This document shows, piece by piece, positions 12,633 to 23,302 of a stretch of 32,000 nucleotides of DNA (position 1 is its first letter; every line of letters starts with the position of its first letter). Both the position numbers and the translations under genes were made by a program. Location: positions 216,764 to 248,763 of the forward strand of contig OZ248347.1 in assembly GCA_965234555.1 (NCBI GenBank), given 5' to 3'. The DNA comes from Burkholderiaceae bacterium. GTDB lineage: Bacteria > Pseudomonadota > Gammaproteobacteria > Burkholderiales > Burkholderiaceae. The notes beneath the pieces are model-generated. The model saw only the letters and a program-made list of their open reading frames with translations, was not told the origin of the DNA and searched no databases.

Positions 12633-13505
12633 CTACATTCGCATTGGGTGATCGTAGCCCGCGACACTCAGTGTTTTAATCTTCAGAGATTGATGAATAG
12701 TCGCAGATTCTATGGCCGTATTTGTCAGCACTAGGTGATCTAAATCGATCGCAGTTAGCGATCCTCCCCAAACACAACCCGTATCAATTCCAACAACACG
12801 ATGGCGATTGAGGAGGCCCAGAGTCGACCAATGGCCAAAGACGATAGGAATTTCTTGTGTTTTGCGTTCCGGAGTCTCAAACCAGGGGATATATCCAGCC
12901 GGACCATTTTCTAAACCCTCCTTGCTTTTGAACTCCATTTCACCTGCCGGGGTACAAAAACGAATTCGGGTTAGGGTATTAGTAATAAGACGTAATCGGT
13001 CCACTCCTTTGAGTTTTGGATCCCAGTAATTCGGGGTATTGCCATACATCTGCGCCAAGAACTGTTTGTATGTTTTTTGGCGAAGCGCTTGTTCTACTTC
13101 AGCGGCAAGCTCTAGAGTACGCCTTACACTCCATTGAGGCAGTACTCCTGCATGAACCAGAAGCACTTTGCCATTACTTAAGGCCATCGGTCGATGGCGT
13201 AACCAATCAATCAGCTCCTTCCGATCGGGGGCTCGCAGAATGTCATCAATCGTATCTAGGGGTTTAGAGTCACGAAGACCTGCATCGCATGCGAGAAGAT
13301 TGAGGTCATGATTACCCAGAATGCATTCAGCAAGCCCTTTTTCTTGAAGATGTTTAAGTCGGCGTAGGGTCCCCAAAGAGTCGGGACCACGGTTAACAAT
13401 ATCGCCTAAACAGATCAACTTGGAGTTGCGTGGCAATTTCTGAATTAAATGATTGAGAGGGCTCAGGCATCCCTGGATATCGCCAATTGCAAACACGCGA
13501 GACAT
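12633..13505 (-). CDS. apaH: Bis(5'-nucleosyl)-tetraphosphatase (symmetrical)
   Basis: Metallophosphatase motifs GDIQGC, GDIVNRGPDS and GNHDL. 290 aa. Confidence 0.9.
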   Translation of the reverse strand: MSRVFAIGDIQGCLSPLNHLIQKLPRNSKLICLGDIVNRGPDSLGTLRRLKHLQEKGLAECILGNHDLNLLACDAGLRDSKPLDTIDDILRAPDRKELIDWLRHRPMALSNGKVLLVHAGVLPQWSVRRTLELAAEVEQALRQKTYKQFLAQMYGNTPNYWDPKLKGVDRLRLITNTLTRIRFCTPAGEMEFKSKEGLENGPAGYIPWFETPERKTQEIPIVFGHWSTLGLLNRHRVVGIDTGCVWGGSLTAIDLDHLVLTNTAIESATIHQSLKIKTLSVAGYDHPMRM

Positions 13506-13507
13506 TT

Positions 13508-14977
13508 TTAGGCTACCTTTTTAACAACGTTATAGCGAATTAAGGTATTTTTACGAGCCTCATCATGATCCACAATTGGCAGTGGATAGTCTTTCCCCAA
13601 AATAATGCCGGCCGCTTCCAATTCTATTTGCCCAGCCATCCATGGGGCGTGAATTGATTTATTTGAGAGCTTTTCCAGGGCTGGAATATAGCGCCTGATG
13701 AACTTGCCATCGCTATCAAATCGTTCAGATTGTGTGATCGGATTGAAGATCCTAAAGTAGGGCTGTGCGTCACAACCGGACGACGATGCCCACTGCCAGC
13801 CACCATTATTGGAGGCAAACTCAAAATCATTGAGGTGATCTGCAAAGTATTGCTCGCCCCAGCGCCAATCAATCCCAAGGTCTTTACACAGAAAACTGGC
13901 AACGACCATGCGTAGCCGATTATGCATATAGCCACTTTGGTTGAGTTGATGCATCGCCGCATCAACCAATGGATAGCCAGTTTGACCATCACACCAGGCT
14001 TTAAAGAGTTTCTGAGCCTTAGTCCCTGTCTCCCATTCAATCTTGTCGTAATCGGGTTTAAAGGACTCGCCATTAGCAATACGGGGATGATTTGCCAAGA
14101 TCATGAAATAGAAATCCCGCCAAATGAGTTCACTTAACCAGATACTTGCGCCAAGACTACCCGCAAGCATTCTGCGATGCGCCTCGCGAACTAATCCTCG
14201 AATCGATACATTACCAAAGCGCAGATAAGTGGATAGATAGCTAACCCCTTTGGTTGCAGGAAAGTCTCTGCCAATATTGTATTGATCGATACGTTTCAAA
14301 AAATCATTTAGGAATAAATCGGCACCTTTTGCGCCAGGAGGTAGATACTTTTCAATACCAGTTGGTCTAAAGCCCATTGACTCTAGAGAGGGCAAAGCCT
14401 GTTCCAGTGCTTTAGGAATGGGCGCGAAGCGTCCAGGCAGACCTTTAGCAGAAAGCTCACAAGAATGAGGCTCGAGATCAGCAGGAGTTAATCGCTTAAG
14501 CCACGCATTCTTATAAGGTGTAAATACTGAGAATACCGTTTGAGAGTTAGTTAATACCTCAGTCTTTTCAAAGATAACCTGATCTTTAAAGTGCTCAAAC
14601 CGAATGTCTTTCTTAGCCAATGTGGTAGCGACAAATTGATCGCGTTCAATGCCGGATGGTTCGTAGTCATGATTGCATAGTACCGAATCAACCTGAAGTT
14701 GTTCAGCTAGTTCAGGGATAAGTTTTTTGGGATCGCCATGAAGGACTAAAAGGCCACCTCCTTGAGATCGAAGAGTTTGATCAAGTTCATGCGTGCATTG
14801 CCAAAGAAAATCAACACGACGATCAAAGCCTAAACCCTTTTTTAAGAGTGGCTCTAATATAGTTGTATCAAAGATAAATACCAACCAAACATCTTGGTGA
14901 GAACGCAAGGCATGATGAAGCGCTGCATGATCATGCAGGCGCAAATCGCGACGTAACCATACCAGTGCTTTACTCAT
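13508..14977 (-). CDS. phrB: Deoxyribodipyrimidine photo-lyase
   Basis: 489 aa with an N-terminal photolyase domain (LVWLRRDLRLHDH) and a C-terminal FAD-binding block NNGGWQWASSSGCDAQPYFRIFNP. Confidence 0.9.
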   Translation of the reverse strand: MSKALVWLRRDLRLHDHAALHHALRSHQDVWLVFIFDTTILEPLLKKGLGFDRRVDFLWQCTHELDQTLRSQGGGLLVLHGDPKKLIPELAEQLQVDSVLCNHDYEPSGIERDQFVATTLAKKDIRFEHFKDQVIFEKTEVLTNSQTVFSVFTPYKNAWLKRLTPADLEPHSCELSAKGLPGRFAPIPKALEQALPSLESMGFRPTGIEKYLPPGAKGADLFLNDFLKRIDQYNIGRDFPATKGVSYLSTYLRFGNVSIRGLVREAHRRMLAGSLGASIWLSELIWRDFYFMILANHPRIANGESFKPDYDKIEWETGTKAQKLFKAWCDGQTGYPLVDAAMHQLNQSGYMHNRLRMVVASFLCKDLGIDWRWGEQYFADHLNDFEFASNNGGWQWASSSGCDAQPYFRIFNPITQSERFDSDGKFIRRYIPALEKLSNKSIHAPWMAGQIELEAAGIILGKDYPLPIVDHDEARKNTLIRYNVVKKVA

Positions 14978-15005
14978 AGGCTCTATCTTAGCCGTTTATT
15001 GCAAT

Positions 15006-15842
15006 TTGATTATGATGGCAGTCATGGACCAACTCTTTTTTATTACCTCAAAAATTGTGCAGTTTTTGATTGAGCCACTCAATTTATTATTTCTAATAGG
15101 GGTTTTCGCGCTTCTGTTTCAGGTCCTCCGAAAGCCGATAGTTACAAAACGCTTATTAATGCTATCAGTGATCGGCTTCTTTACGATTGGGTATGCGCCG
15201 ATACCCGAATCACTGACTCGTATTCTTGAGGATGTCATTCAAAAAGAGTCAATTACAGATCTGCCGGGTGAGCAAATTGCTGGGATCATTATTTTGGGTG
15301 GTGGGATCAAGGGAGAGGATATTGCTATTGATCGCGGTGAAGTTTCAATCAATTCTTCAGCAGAGCGTGTAACAAAAGCATTTGAGCTCATTCGTCGCTA
15401 TCCCGGTAAGCCATTTATCTTTAGTGGGTTCTCCGCTAGGGTGATCCCACGAGGGATGTCTGAGGCTGATGCATTTAAGCAATTAATTTATGAGCAGGGA
15501 TTAGCACAAATCACCAAAGACACTGCATTTTATGAAAACCAGTCTCGTAATACTTATGAGAATGCAGTGTTCTCTAGGAAAATTATTGAGAACCTCAATG
15601 GTATTCACCCGTCCGATGCTAATAAGCCTTGGTTATTAATTACATCGGCAAGTCATATGTATCGGTCGGTTAAGATTTTTCAAAAACAAGGCATTCAAAT
15701 AATCCCGGTGCCTGTGGACTATCAAACAGCAGATACCTTGCAATGGAGAGAGTTTGATTTGACCGAGGGAGCATTTCTTTGGAATAAATTACTCCATGAA
15801 TACATTGGTATTGTGGCTTATCGGCTAACTGGAAAAATTTAG
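15006..15842 (+). CDS. YdcF/ElyC family (DUF218) membrane protein
   Basis: It has N-terminal TM helices followed by a DUF218-like core (IIILGGG...FSG...T.ENA...LLITSASHM.R). The start is possibly ATG 15012. Confidence 0.7.
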   Translation: MIMMAVMDQLFFITSKIVQFLIEPLNLLFLIGVFALLFQVLRKPIVTKRLLMLSVIGFFTIGYAPIPESLTRILEDVIQKESITDLPGEQIAGIIILGGGIKGEDIAIDRGEVSINSSAERVTKAFELIRRYPGKPFIFSGFSARVIPRGMSEADAFKQLIYEQGLAQITKDTAFYENQSRNTYENAVFSRKIIENLNGIHPSDANKPWLLITSASHMYRSVKIFQKQGIQIIPVPVDYQTADTLQWREFDLTEGAFLWNKLLHEYIGIVAYRLTGKI

Positions 15843-15876
15843 TTTTAGGACTTTATTTTGCTTGGTAGAATGGATC

Positions 15877-16488
15877 ATGAGCGTAATGTCCGATTCGAGC
15901 CATTCTTTGCCACTACGAAGCTATTTTGCTAATCAGTTTTTATTAGCGATGCCCGGAATGCTGGATGATAACTTTGCTGGCTCAGTTGTATACCTACTCG
16001 AGCATACCGATAAGGGCGCAATGGGACTGGTGGTCAATCGACCGACCGATATTGTCTTGTCGACTCTTTTTGAAAAGATCGAGCTAAAACTGGAGATTGC
16101 TCCTTTGTTAGATCAGCCTGTTTATTTTGGTGGCCCCGTTCAGGTAGAGCGCGGTTTTGTTTTGCACCCATCCGATCGTTTAGAAAAATACTCTTCATCT
16201 CTGATTATTACTGATGGTCTGACGATGACGACGTCGAAAGATATCCTTGAGGCGGTTGCTAAGGGTGCCGGTCCTCAAAAGTTCATCATGACCTTAGGTT
16301 ATGCGGGCTGGGGCGCTGGTCAACTCGAAGAAGAAATGTCTTTAAATGGCTGGATCAATGTCCCTTTGCCGAGTTCTGAGATGAATACGATTATTTTTGA
16401 CACGCCATACACACAGCGATATCAGAAGGCAATGCAAATTTTGGGTTTTGACCCCTCGCGTTTATCTGGAGAGGCGGGTCATGCATGA
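15877..16488 (+). CDS. yqgE: YqgE/AlgH family protein (UPF0301)
   Basis: Motifs LLAMPGMLDDNFAGSVVYLLEHTDKGAMGLVVNRP, and GGPVQ...GYAGWGAGQLEEE. The track ORF starts at TTG 15862, and ATG 15877 or 15886 is more likely. Confidence 0.85.
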   Translation: MSVMSDSSHSLPLRSYFANQFLLAMPGMLDDNFAGSVVYLLEHTDKGAMGLVVNRPTDIVLSTLFEKIELKLEIAPLLDQPVYFGGPVQVERGFVLHPSDRLEKYSSSLIITDGLTMTTSKDILEAVAKGAGPQKFIMTLGYAGWGAGQLEEEMSLNGWINVPLPSSEMNTIIFDTPYTQRYQKAMQILGFDPSRLSGEAGHA

Positions 16489-16897
16489 GACATCCAACAT
16501 AAATAGTCCAATTACAGCATTGGCTTTTGATTATGGCGCCAGGCGCATTGGTGTCGCTGTTGGAAACTCATTGACAAAATCAGCAGAGGCTTTAAATGTG
16601 ATCAACAATACTAATGAAGAGCTTCGCTTTAAAGCTGTTGAGCAATTAATCCTGCAATGGAATCCCAGTGTTATTGTTGTTGGCTTGCCTTTTCATCCTG
16701 ATGGGGCGGAACATGAGATGACTCATCGAGCGAAGCGCTTCGGTCAGCAAATTAAGGGGCGTTTCTCTAGACTAGTTTACTTTGTTGACGAACGCTATTC
16801 TTCTGCAATTTTAGAGGGCGATCGCCAATACCAAGATCGTTTGGACTCTCATGCGGCAGCGCTGATTTTGGAGCAATTCTTTTTACAGAAGAGCTAA
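16481..16897 (+). CDS. ruvX: Putative pre-16S rRNA nuclease / Holliday junction resolvase-like RuvX (YqgF)
   Basis: N-terminal ALAFDYGARRIGVAVG and C-terminal DERYSS...D..AAALILEQF. ATG 16481 gives a typical 138-aa protein and overlaps the yqgE stop (ATGCATGA). The upstream extension to 16397 has no family similarity. Confidence 0.9.
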   Translation: MHETSNINSPITALAFDYGARRIGVAVGNSLTKSAEALNVINNTNEELRFKAVEQLILQWNPSVIVVGLPFHPDGAEHEMTHRAKRFGQQIKGRFSRLVYFVDERYSSAILEGDRQYQDRLDSHAAALILEQFFLQKS

Positions 16898-16940
16898 ACG
16901 TATCGGACAGAAGTTTTTCTGATTCTAGTAAGTTAATTGA

Positions 16941-18578
16941 TTAGCGCAGTAGGGCGTTTATCGCAACTAAATCCTCATCCGATAAATTAGCTGCTTGAGC
17001 CTTGAGTTTGAGAGCATTCATGATGGTGTCGTAACGCGCCTTATAAAGAGATGCTCGAGTTGTAAATAGGGTGTCAAGAGCAATCAGAACATCGATATTT
17101 ATGAGGGTGCCAACGCTGTAGCCAAGCTTACTTGACTCCACTGCCGATGCAGACGATTTTTCTGCAGCCTCAAGTGCTTTCACAGTTGCTAAGCCACCAT
17201 AGAATCCAGTAAAAGCTTGGCGGGTTGCTTGCGCAGCTGTTCGGCGTAAATTGTCATAGTCAGACTTGGCTTTATCAAAGAGCGCAGAATTTTGGCGGAT
17301 GACCGACATGTTGTAGCCTCCAGAGACAAGGGGCAGAGTCATCTGCAAGGCGATAGTGTTGTTGTAAATATTCTGTGATGGCGAAGGATTAAAGTTTAAA
17401 GCTGTGCCATTGGATTGGTTAAAGCCAGCGGTGCCAACAAAATTAACGCTCGGGTAGTTGGCAGCCAAGGACGATTTGTAAATACTCTCCGCGAGTTGGA
17501 CTCCTAACTGACCAGCAAGGACGGCATAGTTTGCATTTTCAGACTGAGTAATCCAGTCTTCTAGGGCTTGGCCAGGGGGTAATTTTGGATTAACACTATC
17601 TGCAATTGGAATTCCTTTAAAGTCTTTACTTTTTACTCTTGGGTCGGATACCACTCCTGCAATCGATACATCTTTTGCCATCGGCTTAATGTGTTTTACT
17701 GGGTGACCAATGAGTTGCTCAAGTACACCACGCTTCACAACGAGATCAGCATGTGCAGCAATTTCTTGGGCATTGGCCACATCGAATCTTGCCTGAGCGT
17801 CGTTTGCATCGACAATGGTTGCAGAGCCTATTTCAAACTTGGTTTTTGCAGCATCAAGTTGCTGCTTGATTAATTCTTTTTTACTCTTAAAGAGTTCAAC
17901 ATTATCTTGTGCAGTTAAAACATCAAAATATGCTTGGGAGACTCGGATTACCAGGTCTTGTTGAGCTTGGAAAAATTGCAAATCCGATATTTTGCTATTG
18001 AGATCACCTTGTTTAAATAGCTGAACACCGGTCAGATTAAAAACGGGCTGGGTGAGGGTGACCGTGTAGCTGCGTTGATCAAAAACACGATTTGTTCCCT
18101 CGCCATGTTGAAAAAATCGAGTACCCGTTGGGTTCGCAGAAACTTGTGGCAAAAGTACCGATAAGCCCTGCCAATAGAGCTCTTTTCTGGCGGCCAAATT
18201 AAAACGGGCGCTATTGATCACTGGATCGTTAAATGCCGCCTCTTGATAAAGGCTAACAAGATCCATCGTTCTACCGTCTTTACCCTGGGCGCTTCTCTTA
18301 TCTGTCAGGTTAGAGCTAACCGGTGGAATGGGTATCGCAACTTGTGGTGGAACCTCCAATTTAATCAGATCCTGGGGGCTAAGAGTTTTTGGGAGGATCG
18401 AGTTAGTTGCTGGGGTAACTGTTACCGAACTCTGCGAGCCCGCAAGGCCGCTTGAATTAGCTGGTTGGCTAATGGCCAGGGCAGGAATAAGCAATCCCGC
18501 CGCTGAGCATACAAGCCAAATCGGTAATAGACCTTTAATGAAGTGCATGAACCGAAGTTTAAGCCCAAATCGCTTCAT
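16941..18578 (-). CDS. tolC: TolC-family outer membrane efflux/type I secretion channel
   Basis: Two tandem OEP repeats ([19 protein letters not shown]... and ...[15 protein letters not shown]...). A signal peptide ends ALA|ISQ, and the real start is probably Met11 (18548). There is an unusual ~70-aa Ser/Pro/Thr-rich segment before the TolC core. Confidence 0.8.
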   Translation of the reverse strand: MKRFGLKLRFMHFIKGLLPIWLVCSAAGLLIPALAISQPANSSGLAGSQSSVTVTPATNSILPKTLSPQDLIKLEVPPQVAIPIPPVSSNLTDKRSAQGKDGRTMDLVSLYQEAAFNDPVINSARFNLAARKELYWQGLSVLLPQVSANPTGTRFFQHGEGTNRVFDQRSYTVTLTQPVFNLTGVQLFKQGDLNSKISDLQFFQAQQDLVIRVSQAYFDVLTAQDNVELFKSKKELIKQQLDAAKTKFEIGSATIVDANDAQARFDVANAQEIAAHADLVVKRGVLEQLIGHPVKHIKPMAKDVSIAGVVSDPRVKSKDFKGIPIADSVNPKLPPGQALEDWITQSENANYAVLAGQLGVQLAESIYKSSLAANYPSVNFVGTAGFNQSNGTALNFNPSPSQNIYNNTIALQMTLPLVSGGYNMSVIRQNSALFDKAKSDYDNLRRTAAQATRQAFTGFYGGLATVKALEAAEKSSASAVESSKLGYSVGTLINIDVLIALDTLFTTRASLYKARYDTIMNALKLKAQAANLSDEDLVAINALLR

Positions 18579-18616
18579 TCAGTATCCAAGCTCTTCTTGG
18601 CTTTAGTATTACGGCT

Positions 18617-19462
18617 ATGGATCCATTACTCTTATTCAAAGCTCTCATTTTGGGCATCGTAGAAGGCTTGACCGAGTTTTTGCCGATTTCCAGTACCGGC
18701 CACTTGATTTTAGTTGGTGACCTACTTAACTTTAATGATGATCGCGGTAAAGCTTTCGAGATCATTATTCAGTTTGGTGCTATTTTGGCTGTTTGTTGGG
18801 AGTATCGTCAGCGGCTCCTTAAAGTCACAAATACCCTCTTACATAGTAAGCAATCACAGAGATTTGTATTGAATGTATGTATTGCCTGTGTCCCAGCGAT
18901 GAGTCTTGGGCTTATTTTTGGAAAATATATTAAAGCCAATTTATTCTCTCCGGTACCAGTTGCAAGCGCTTTTATAGTGGGTGCATTCATTATCTTCTGG
19001 GCAGAATATCGACAAACCAAATCATCAAACGTACGCAAAATAGATAGTGTCGATCAGTTAACACCTATTGATGCATTAAAAGTTGGGATGGCGCAGTGTG
19101 CTGCGTTGATTCCGGGTACTTCACGGTCGGGTGCAACTATTATTGGTGGAATGCTTTTTGGATTACCTCGAGCAGTGGCAACGGAGTTCTCGTTTTTCTT
19201 AGCCATTCCTGTTATTGGGGGCGCAACCGCCTATGAACTATTAAAAATTGCCAATTCAAGTAATTCAATTGGATTTGGCGATTTTGCGCCCGCTTTATTG
19301 ACCGGATTTTTAGCAGCCTTTATTTCTGCGTTTATTTGCGTTCGCTGGCTAATTCATTACGTGGCGCATCATAATTTCATTCCTTTTGCATGGTACCGCA
19401 TTATTTTTGGTGCCATCGTTTTATTCACATCCTATACTGGGCTAGTAGCCTGGTCTAATTAG
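18617..19462 (+). CDS. uppP: Undecaprenyl-diphosphate phosphatase
   Basis: 281 aa polytopic membrane protein with BacA signatures [18 protein letters not shown] and [10 protein letters not shown]. Confidence 0.95.
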   Translation: MDPLLLFKALILGIVEGLTEFLPISSTGHLILVGDLLNFNDDRGKAFEIIIQFGAILAVCWEYRQRLLKVTNTLLHSKQSQRFVLNVCIACVPAMSLGLIFGKYIKANLFSPVPVASAFIVGAFIIFWAEYRQTKSSNVRKIDSVDQLTPIDALKVGMAQCAALIPGTSRSGATIIGGMLFGLPRAVATEFSFFLAIPVIGGATAYELLKIANSSNSIGFGDFAPALLTGFLAAFISAFICVRWLIHYVAHHNFIPFAWYRIIFGAIVLFTSYTGLVAWSN

Positions 19463-19488
19463 GATAACTATTCAATCAGATCGATTCC

Positions 19489-19962
19489 ATGAGCTTAACT
19501 ATTGATGCGATTCAAGCCAATATTCAACTGGCATTAGCGCCAGTCTTTCTATTGACAGCAGTGGCTACCTTGGTCACTGCAATTACTGCTCGTTTGGCCC
19601 GGAATGTGGATCGCATGCGTTTTATTCAGAACGAGTTGTATGGTAACCATAAGCTAAGCGATAAATTACGACTTCATTATGAAAAAGAAGTCATTGAGTT
19701 CAAAACGCGTGGACGCTTATGTACTCTAGCAATCTTTTTTGATGTACTTGCAGGCGTCTTGATTTCATTAACCGTGCTAGAGTTATTTTTCTTGCAAACA
19801 GGCGCTGCCCGTTTGGTTGATGTTGGTTATGTTGTCATTACATTTGTGGCCGGTTTAGTCTCATTTGTAATCTCTTTGACCTTAATATTGGTTGAGGTTG
19901 TTTTTGCTTATCGCTCTACAAGTTGGGATTTGCCTACAATTGATCAATCAATCAAGTCTTAA
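19489..19962 (+). CDS. DUF2721-like small membrane protein
   Basis: 157 aa with three hydrophobic helices and a charged loop. The layout resembles the DUF2721 family, but this is pattern recognition only. Confidence 0.5.
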   Translation: MSLTIDAIQANIQLALAPVFLLTAVATLVTAITARLARNVDRMRFIQNELYGNHKLSDKLRLHYEKEVIEFKTRGRLCTLAIFFDVLAGVLISLTVLELFFLQTGAARLVDVGYVVITFVAGLVSFVISLTLILVEVVFAYRSTSWDLPTIDQSIKS

Positions 19963-20020
19963 GAATCGTATAGAAATAAATTAATAAAGATGACACTAAA
20001 TTTATAGAAGAGGACCCAGT

Positions 20021-20968
20021 ATGTACCTAAGTAAGAACAAAATCTTGATTACTGGTGGAGCTGGTTTTCTCGGCTCTCATTTAACTGAAAAGCTGCTAAA
20101 AGAAGGGCATGATGTTTTGGTGGTTGATAACTTTTTTACCGGAACAAAGCAGAATCTAGCGCACCTTCTGGGTAATACTAATTTGGAGGTGATACGTCAT
20201 GACGTGACCTTTCCATTGTATGTGGAAGTGAATCAAATCTATAACTTGGCCTGCCCAGCTTCACCCGTGCATTATCAATTTGATCCTGTCCAAACTACCA
20301 AAACAAGCGTGCATGGCGCAATCAATATGCTGGGCCTTGCGAAACGGACCCGTGCTCGTATTTTGCAAGCTTCAACCAGTGAGGTGTATGGGGATCCTGA
20401 AGTTCATCCTCAGCCCGAGGGCTACTGGGGTAGGGTCAACCCGATTGGTATTCGGTCTTGCTATGACGAGGGCAAGCGCTGTGCTGAAACCCTATTCTTT
20501 GATTATCACCGTCAGCATCAGACCGACATTAAAGTTGTTCGTATTTTTAATACATATGGACCACGAATGCATCCCAATGATGGTCGGGTTGTGAGTAATT
20601 TCATTGTGCAGGCCTTACAAGGTAAAGACATTACTATTTATGGTGATGGCTCGCAAACGCGAAGCTTTTGTTATGTGGATGACCTCATCGATGCGATGGT
20701 CAGAATGATGAACTCTGAGGAGGGCTTTACGGGCCCAGTCAATATTGGTAACCCAGGGGAGTTCACGATGTTGCAGTTGGCAGAACTAGTTCTGCAATTG
20801 TCTGGCAGTAAATCAAAAATTGTCTATCAATCATTACCATCGGATGATCCAAAGCAACGTCAACCTAATATTGAGCTGGCTAAAGCTAAGCTCGCCTGGG
20901 AGCCTAAGGTGAAATTGGAGGATGGCTTGAAAGAGACTATTGCGTACTTTAAGAAATTGATTCAATAA
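20021..20968 (+). CDS. UDP-glucuronate decarboxylase (UDP-xylose synthase), SDR family
   Basis: [10 protein letters not shown] Rossmann motif, the VDNFFTG block, the catalytic YDEGKR (YxxxK), and [14 protein letters not shown] typical of UXS/ArnA-decarboxylase-type enzymes. Confidence 0.85.
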   Translation: MYLSKNKILITGGAGFLGSHLTEKLLKEGHDVLVVDNFFTGTKQNLAHLLGNTNLEVIRHDVTFPLYVEVNQIYNLACPASPVHYQFDPVQTTKTSVHGAINMLGLAKRTRARILQASTSEVYGDPEVHPQPEGYWGRVNPIGIRSCYDEGKRCAETLFFDYHRQHQTDIKVVRIFNTYGPRMHPNDGRVVSNFIVQALQGKDITIYGDGSQTRSFCYVDDLIDAMVRMMNSEEGFTGPVNIGNPGEFTMLQLAELVLQLSGSKSKIVYQSLPSDDPKQRQPNIELAKAKLAWEPKVKLEDGLKETIAYFKKLIQ

Positions 20969-20979
20969 TTCTTCTCATA

Positions 20980-21780
20980 ATGGATAGCTCTAAGCCCTTT
21001 GAGGGTGGGGTCCGCAAGATCCGTTCCTTTGTTCGTAGAGCGGGAAGAACGACGAGCGCTCAGTCAAGAGCAATGAATGAGCTGGCCCCCAAATTTTTGA
21101 TTCCATTTCAACAGGCTCCTTTTGATTGGTCTGTTTATTCTTTGGATCAAAAATCAGGAATTGAAAAACACATTCTGGAAATTGGTTTTGGTATGGGTGA
21201 ATCAACAGCGCAGATTGCGCAGATTCGTCCTGAGGACTTGTTTCTGGGTATTGAAGTGCATGAGCCTGGAGTGGGGGCATTACTCAAGAAAATCGGTGAA
21301 TTACAGTTAAGCAATCTACGGCTCATTCAGCATGATGCTGTTGAAGTTCTAGAGCAGATGATTGCTAAGGGCTCTTTAGATGGAGTGCATATATTCTTTC
21401 CAGATCCTTGGCATAAAAAGCGGCACCACAAAAGGCGCTTAATCCAAAAAGATTTTGTCGAGCTATTAGTTTCTCGACTAAAAGTTGGTGGATATATTCA
21501 TCTGGCAACGGATTGGCAGAACTATGCCGAGCAAATGCTTCTGGTCTTGAATCAACACCCCGATCTTGAAAATTGCTCCGAGCAATCAGTTTTGTTGCAG
21601 GCAATTGAATTAACTGGTTCCGATCAAGAGATTGGTGGGATTCTCTTTAAGGAGGATCAGCTATCCGGGCGCCATCCTGCTTATGTTGAGAGACCGAGTT
21701 ATCGCCCCATTACAAAGTTTGAGAACCGCGGTCTTAAACTTGGGCATGGGGTTTGGGATTTGCTTTATAAAAAGATCTAG
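20980..21780 (+). CDS. trmB: tRNA (guanine46-N7)-methyltransferase
   Basis: EIGFGMGE (SAM motif) and the [15 protein letters not shown] signature. Confidence 0.9.
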   Translation: MDSSKPFEGGVRKIRSFVRRAGRTTSAQSRAMNELAPKFLIPFQQAPFDWSVYSLDQKSGIEKHILEIGFGMGESTAQIAQIRPEDLFLGIEVHEPGVGALLKKIGELQLSNLRLIQHDAVEVLEQMIAKGSLDGVHIFFPDPWHKKRHHKRRLIQKDFVELLVSRLKVGGYIHLATDWQNYAEQMLLVLNQHPDLENCSEQSVLLQAIELTGSDQEIGGILFKEDQLSGRHPAYVERPSYRPITKFENRGLKLGHGVWDLLYKKI

Positions 21781-21785
21781 TCCGC

Positions 21786-23276
21786 TTAGAGCCCGATACA
21801 AACGTATTTCATTTCGAGATACTCATCCATTCCCCAAGAGCTGCCTTCGCGGCCTAGGCCGGATTGCTTAACTCCACCAAATGGAGCCACCTCGTTTGAG
21901 ATAAGGCCTGTATTAACGCCCACCATGCCAAACTCTAGGGCTTCAGCAACCTTCCAAATTCGACCAATATCTCTGCTGTAAAAGTAGGATGCCAAGCCAA
22001 ATTGACTACTGTTAGCGAGTTTCACGACATCTGCATCACTTTCAAATGGGATCACTGGCGCCACGGGCCCAAAGGTCTCTTCAACAGTAATAAGCATCGA
22101 GTTGTTAACGCCCGCCAAAACAGTAGGTTCATAGTAGGTGCCGCCAAGGCTGGAGCGCTTGCCGCCAACAACCAATCGAGCGCCCTTGCTGATGGCATCA
22201 GCAACATGACGCTCCACTTTCTCTATTGCTTGTTGGTCAATGAGCGGGCCTTGTGATACCCCTTGCTCGAGACCATTACCAATCTTGATAGCTTTGGTTG
22301 CTGCGGCCAGCTTTTCCACAAATACATCGTGGACTTTTTTGTGGACATAAAAACGATTGGCGCATACGCAGGTTTGCCCTGCATTGCGATATTTTGAGAC
22401 CATCGCTCCGGCTACTGCAGCATCGATATCGGCATCATCAAACACGATGAACGGCGCGTGACCGCCAAGTTCTAGGGCTAGCTTCTTGATGGTTGGAGCA
22501 CACTGTGCCATCAGGATTCGGCCGACTTCCGTCGATCCCGTAAACGATAAGTGACGCACAATTGGGGACTCGCAAAGCACTTTACCAACTGCAATCGATT
22601 GCTCGGAGTCTGCGGTGACGATGTTTATGACTCCATCCGGTACCCCAGCTTCTTGCGCTAAATGGGCGATTGCTAAAGCCGATAGAGGTGTTTGCTCTGC
22701 TGGTTTAATCACGATCGTGCAACCCGCCGCCATGGCCGGAGCAATTTTGCGAGTAATCATTGCAATCGGAAAGTTCCATGGAGTAATTGCCACGCAAACT
22801 CCGATTGCTTGTTTGAGGACGATGGTGCGTTTGTCACCCCAGGTGCTTGCGGGAATTGCACCCATCACTCGTTTCGCCTCTTCGGCAAACCATTCGACGA
22901 AGGAGGCTCCATAGACCACTTCCCCTTTTGCCTCAACCAGGGGTTTGCCTTGCTCCAAGGTCATTATGGTTGCCAGATCATCAGCGTTGGCCAGAATTAA
23001 TTCAAACCATTTGCGCATAATGGCAGCCCGTTCTTTGGCTACTTTGCCCCGCCAAGCGGGTAGGGCGATATCAGCAGCCTCTATCGCTTCGTGAGTATCT
23101 GCGGCATTCAGATTGGCTACCATGGCGATGTTTTGGCCAGTTGCTGGGTTGCGGACACTAAAGCGTTGATTTGCAGAGGCCTTAACCCATTGACCATTAA
23201 TTAAGGCGTCTTCCTTAAACAAGGAGGGGTTTTTCAGAAGCTTGGTGATGCTGGCTATCGATTCAGGGGCGTTCAT
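21786..23276 (-). CDS. gabD: NAD(P)-dependent succinate-semialdehyde dehydrogenase
   Basis: 496 aa aldehyde dehydrogenase with the catalytic blocks ELGGHAPFIVF and GQTCVCANR. The overall similarity is GabD-like (ITPWNFP, FGPVAP). Confidence 0.85.
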   Translation of the reverse strand: MNAPESIASITKLLKNPSLFKEDALINGQWVKASANQRFSVRNPATGQNIAMVANLNAADTHEAIEAADIALPAWRGKVAKERAAIMRKWFELILANADDLATIMTLEQGKPLVEAKGEVVYGASFVEWFAEEAKRVMGAIPASTWGDKRTIVLKQAIGVCVAITPWNFPIAMITRKIAPAMAAGCTIVIKPAEQTPLSALAIAHLAQEAGVPDGVINIVTADSEQSIAVGKVLCESPIVRHLSFTGSTEVGRILMAQCAPTIKKLALELGGHAPFIVFDDADIDAAVAGAMVSKYRNAGQTCVCANRFYVHKKVHDVFVEKLAAATKAIKIGNGLEQGVSQGPLIDQQAIEKVERHVADAISKGARLVVGGKRSSLGGTYYEPTVLAGVNNSMLITVEETFGPVAPVIPFESDADVVKLANSSQFGLASYFYSRDIGRIWKVAEALEFGMVGVNTGLISNEVAPFGGVKQSGLGREGSSWGMDEYLEMKYVCIGL

Positions 23277-23302
23277 GGCTAAATTTTTCGTTGGATTTTT
23301 TA

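Noticed and set aside
13624-14079. Nested and antisense ORFs from the six-frame track inside larger genes, e.g. 13624-14079, 7915-8319, 22615-22914, 22692-23000, 2928-3239 and 20280-20594
   Set aside because: All lie wholly within strongly supported conserved genes (phrB, proA, gabD, dapB, UXS). Their translations are low-complexity or motif-less, so they are treated as frame noise.
16397-16480. Upstream extension of ruvX overlapping yqgE by about 90 nt
   Set aside because: The extension (MTRHTHSDIRRQCKFWVLTPRVYLERRV) has no family similarity. ATG 16481 gives a canonical-length RuvX starting just before the conserved FDYG..RIGVA motif.
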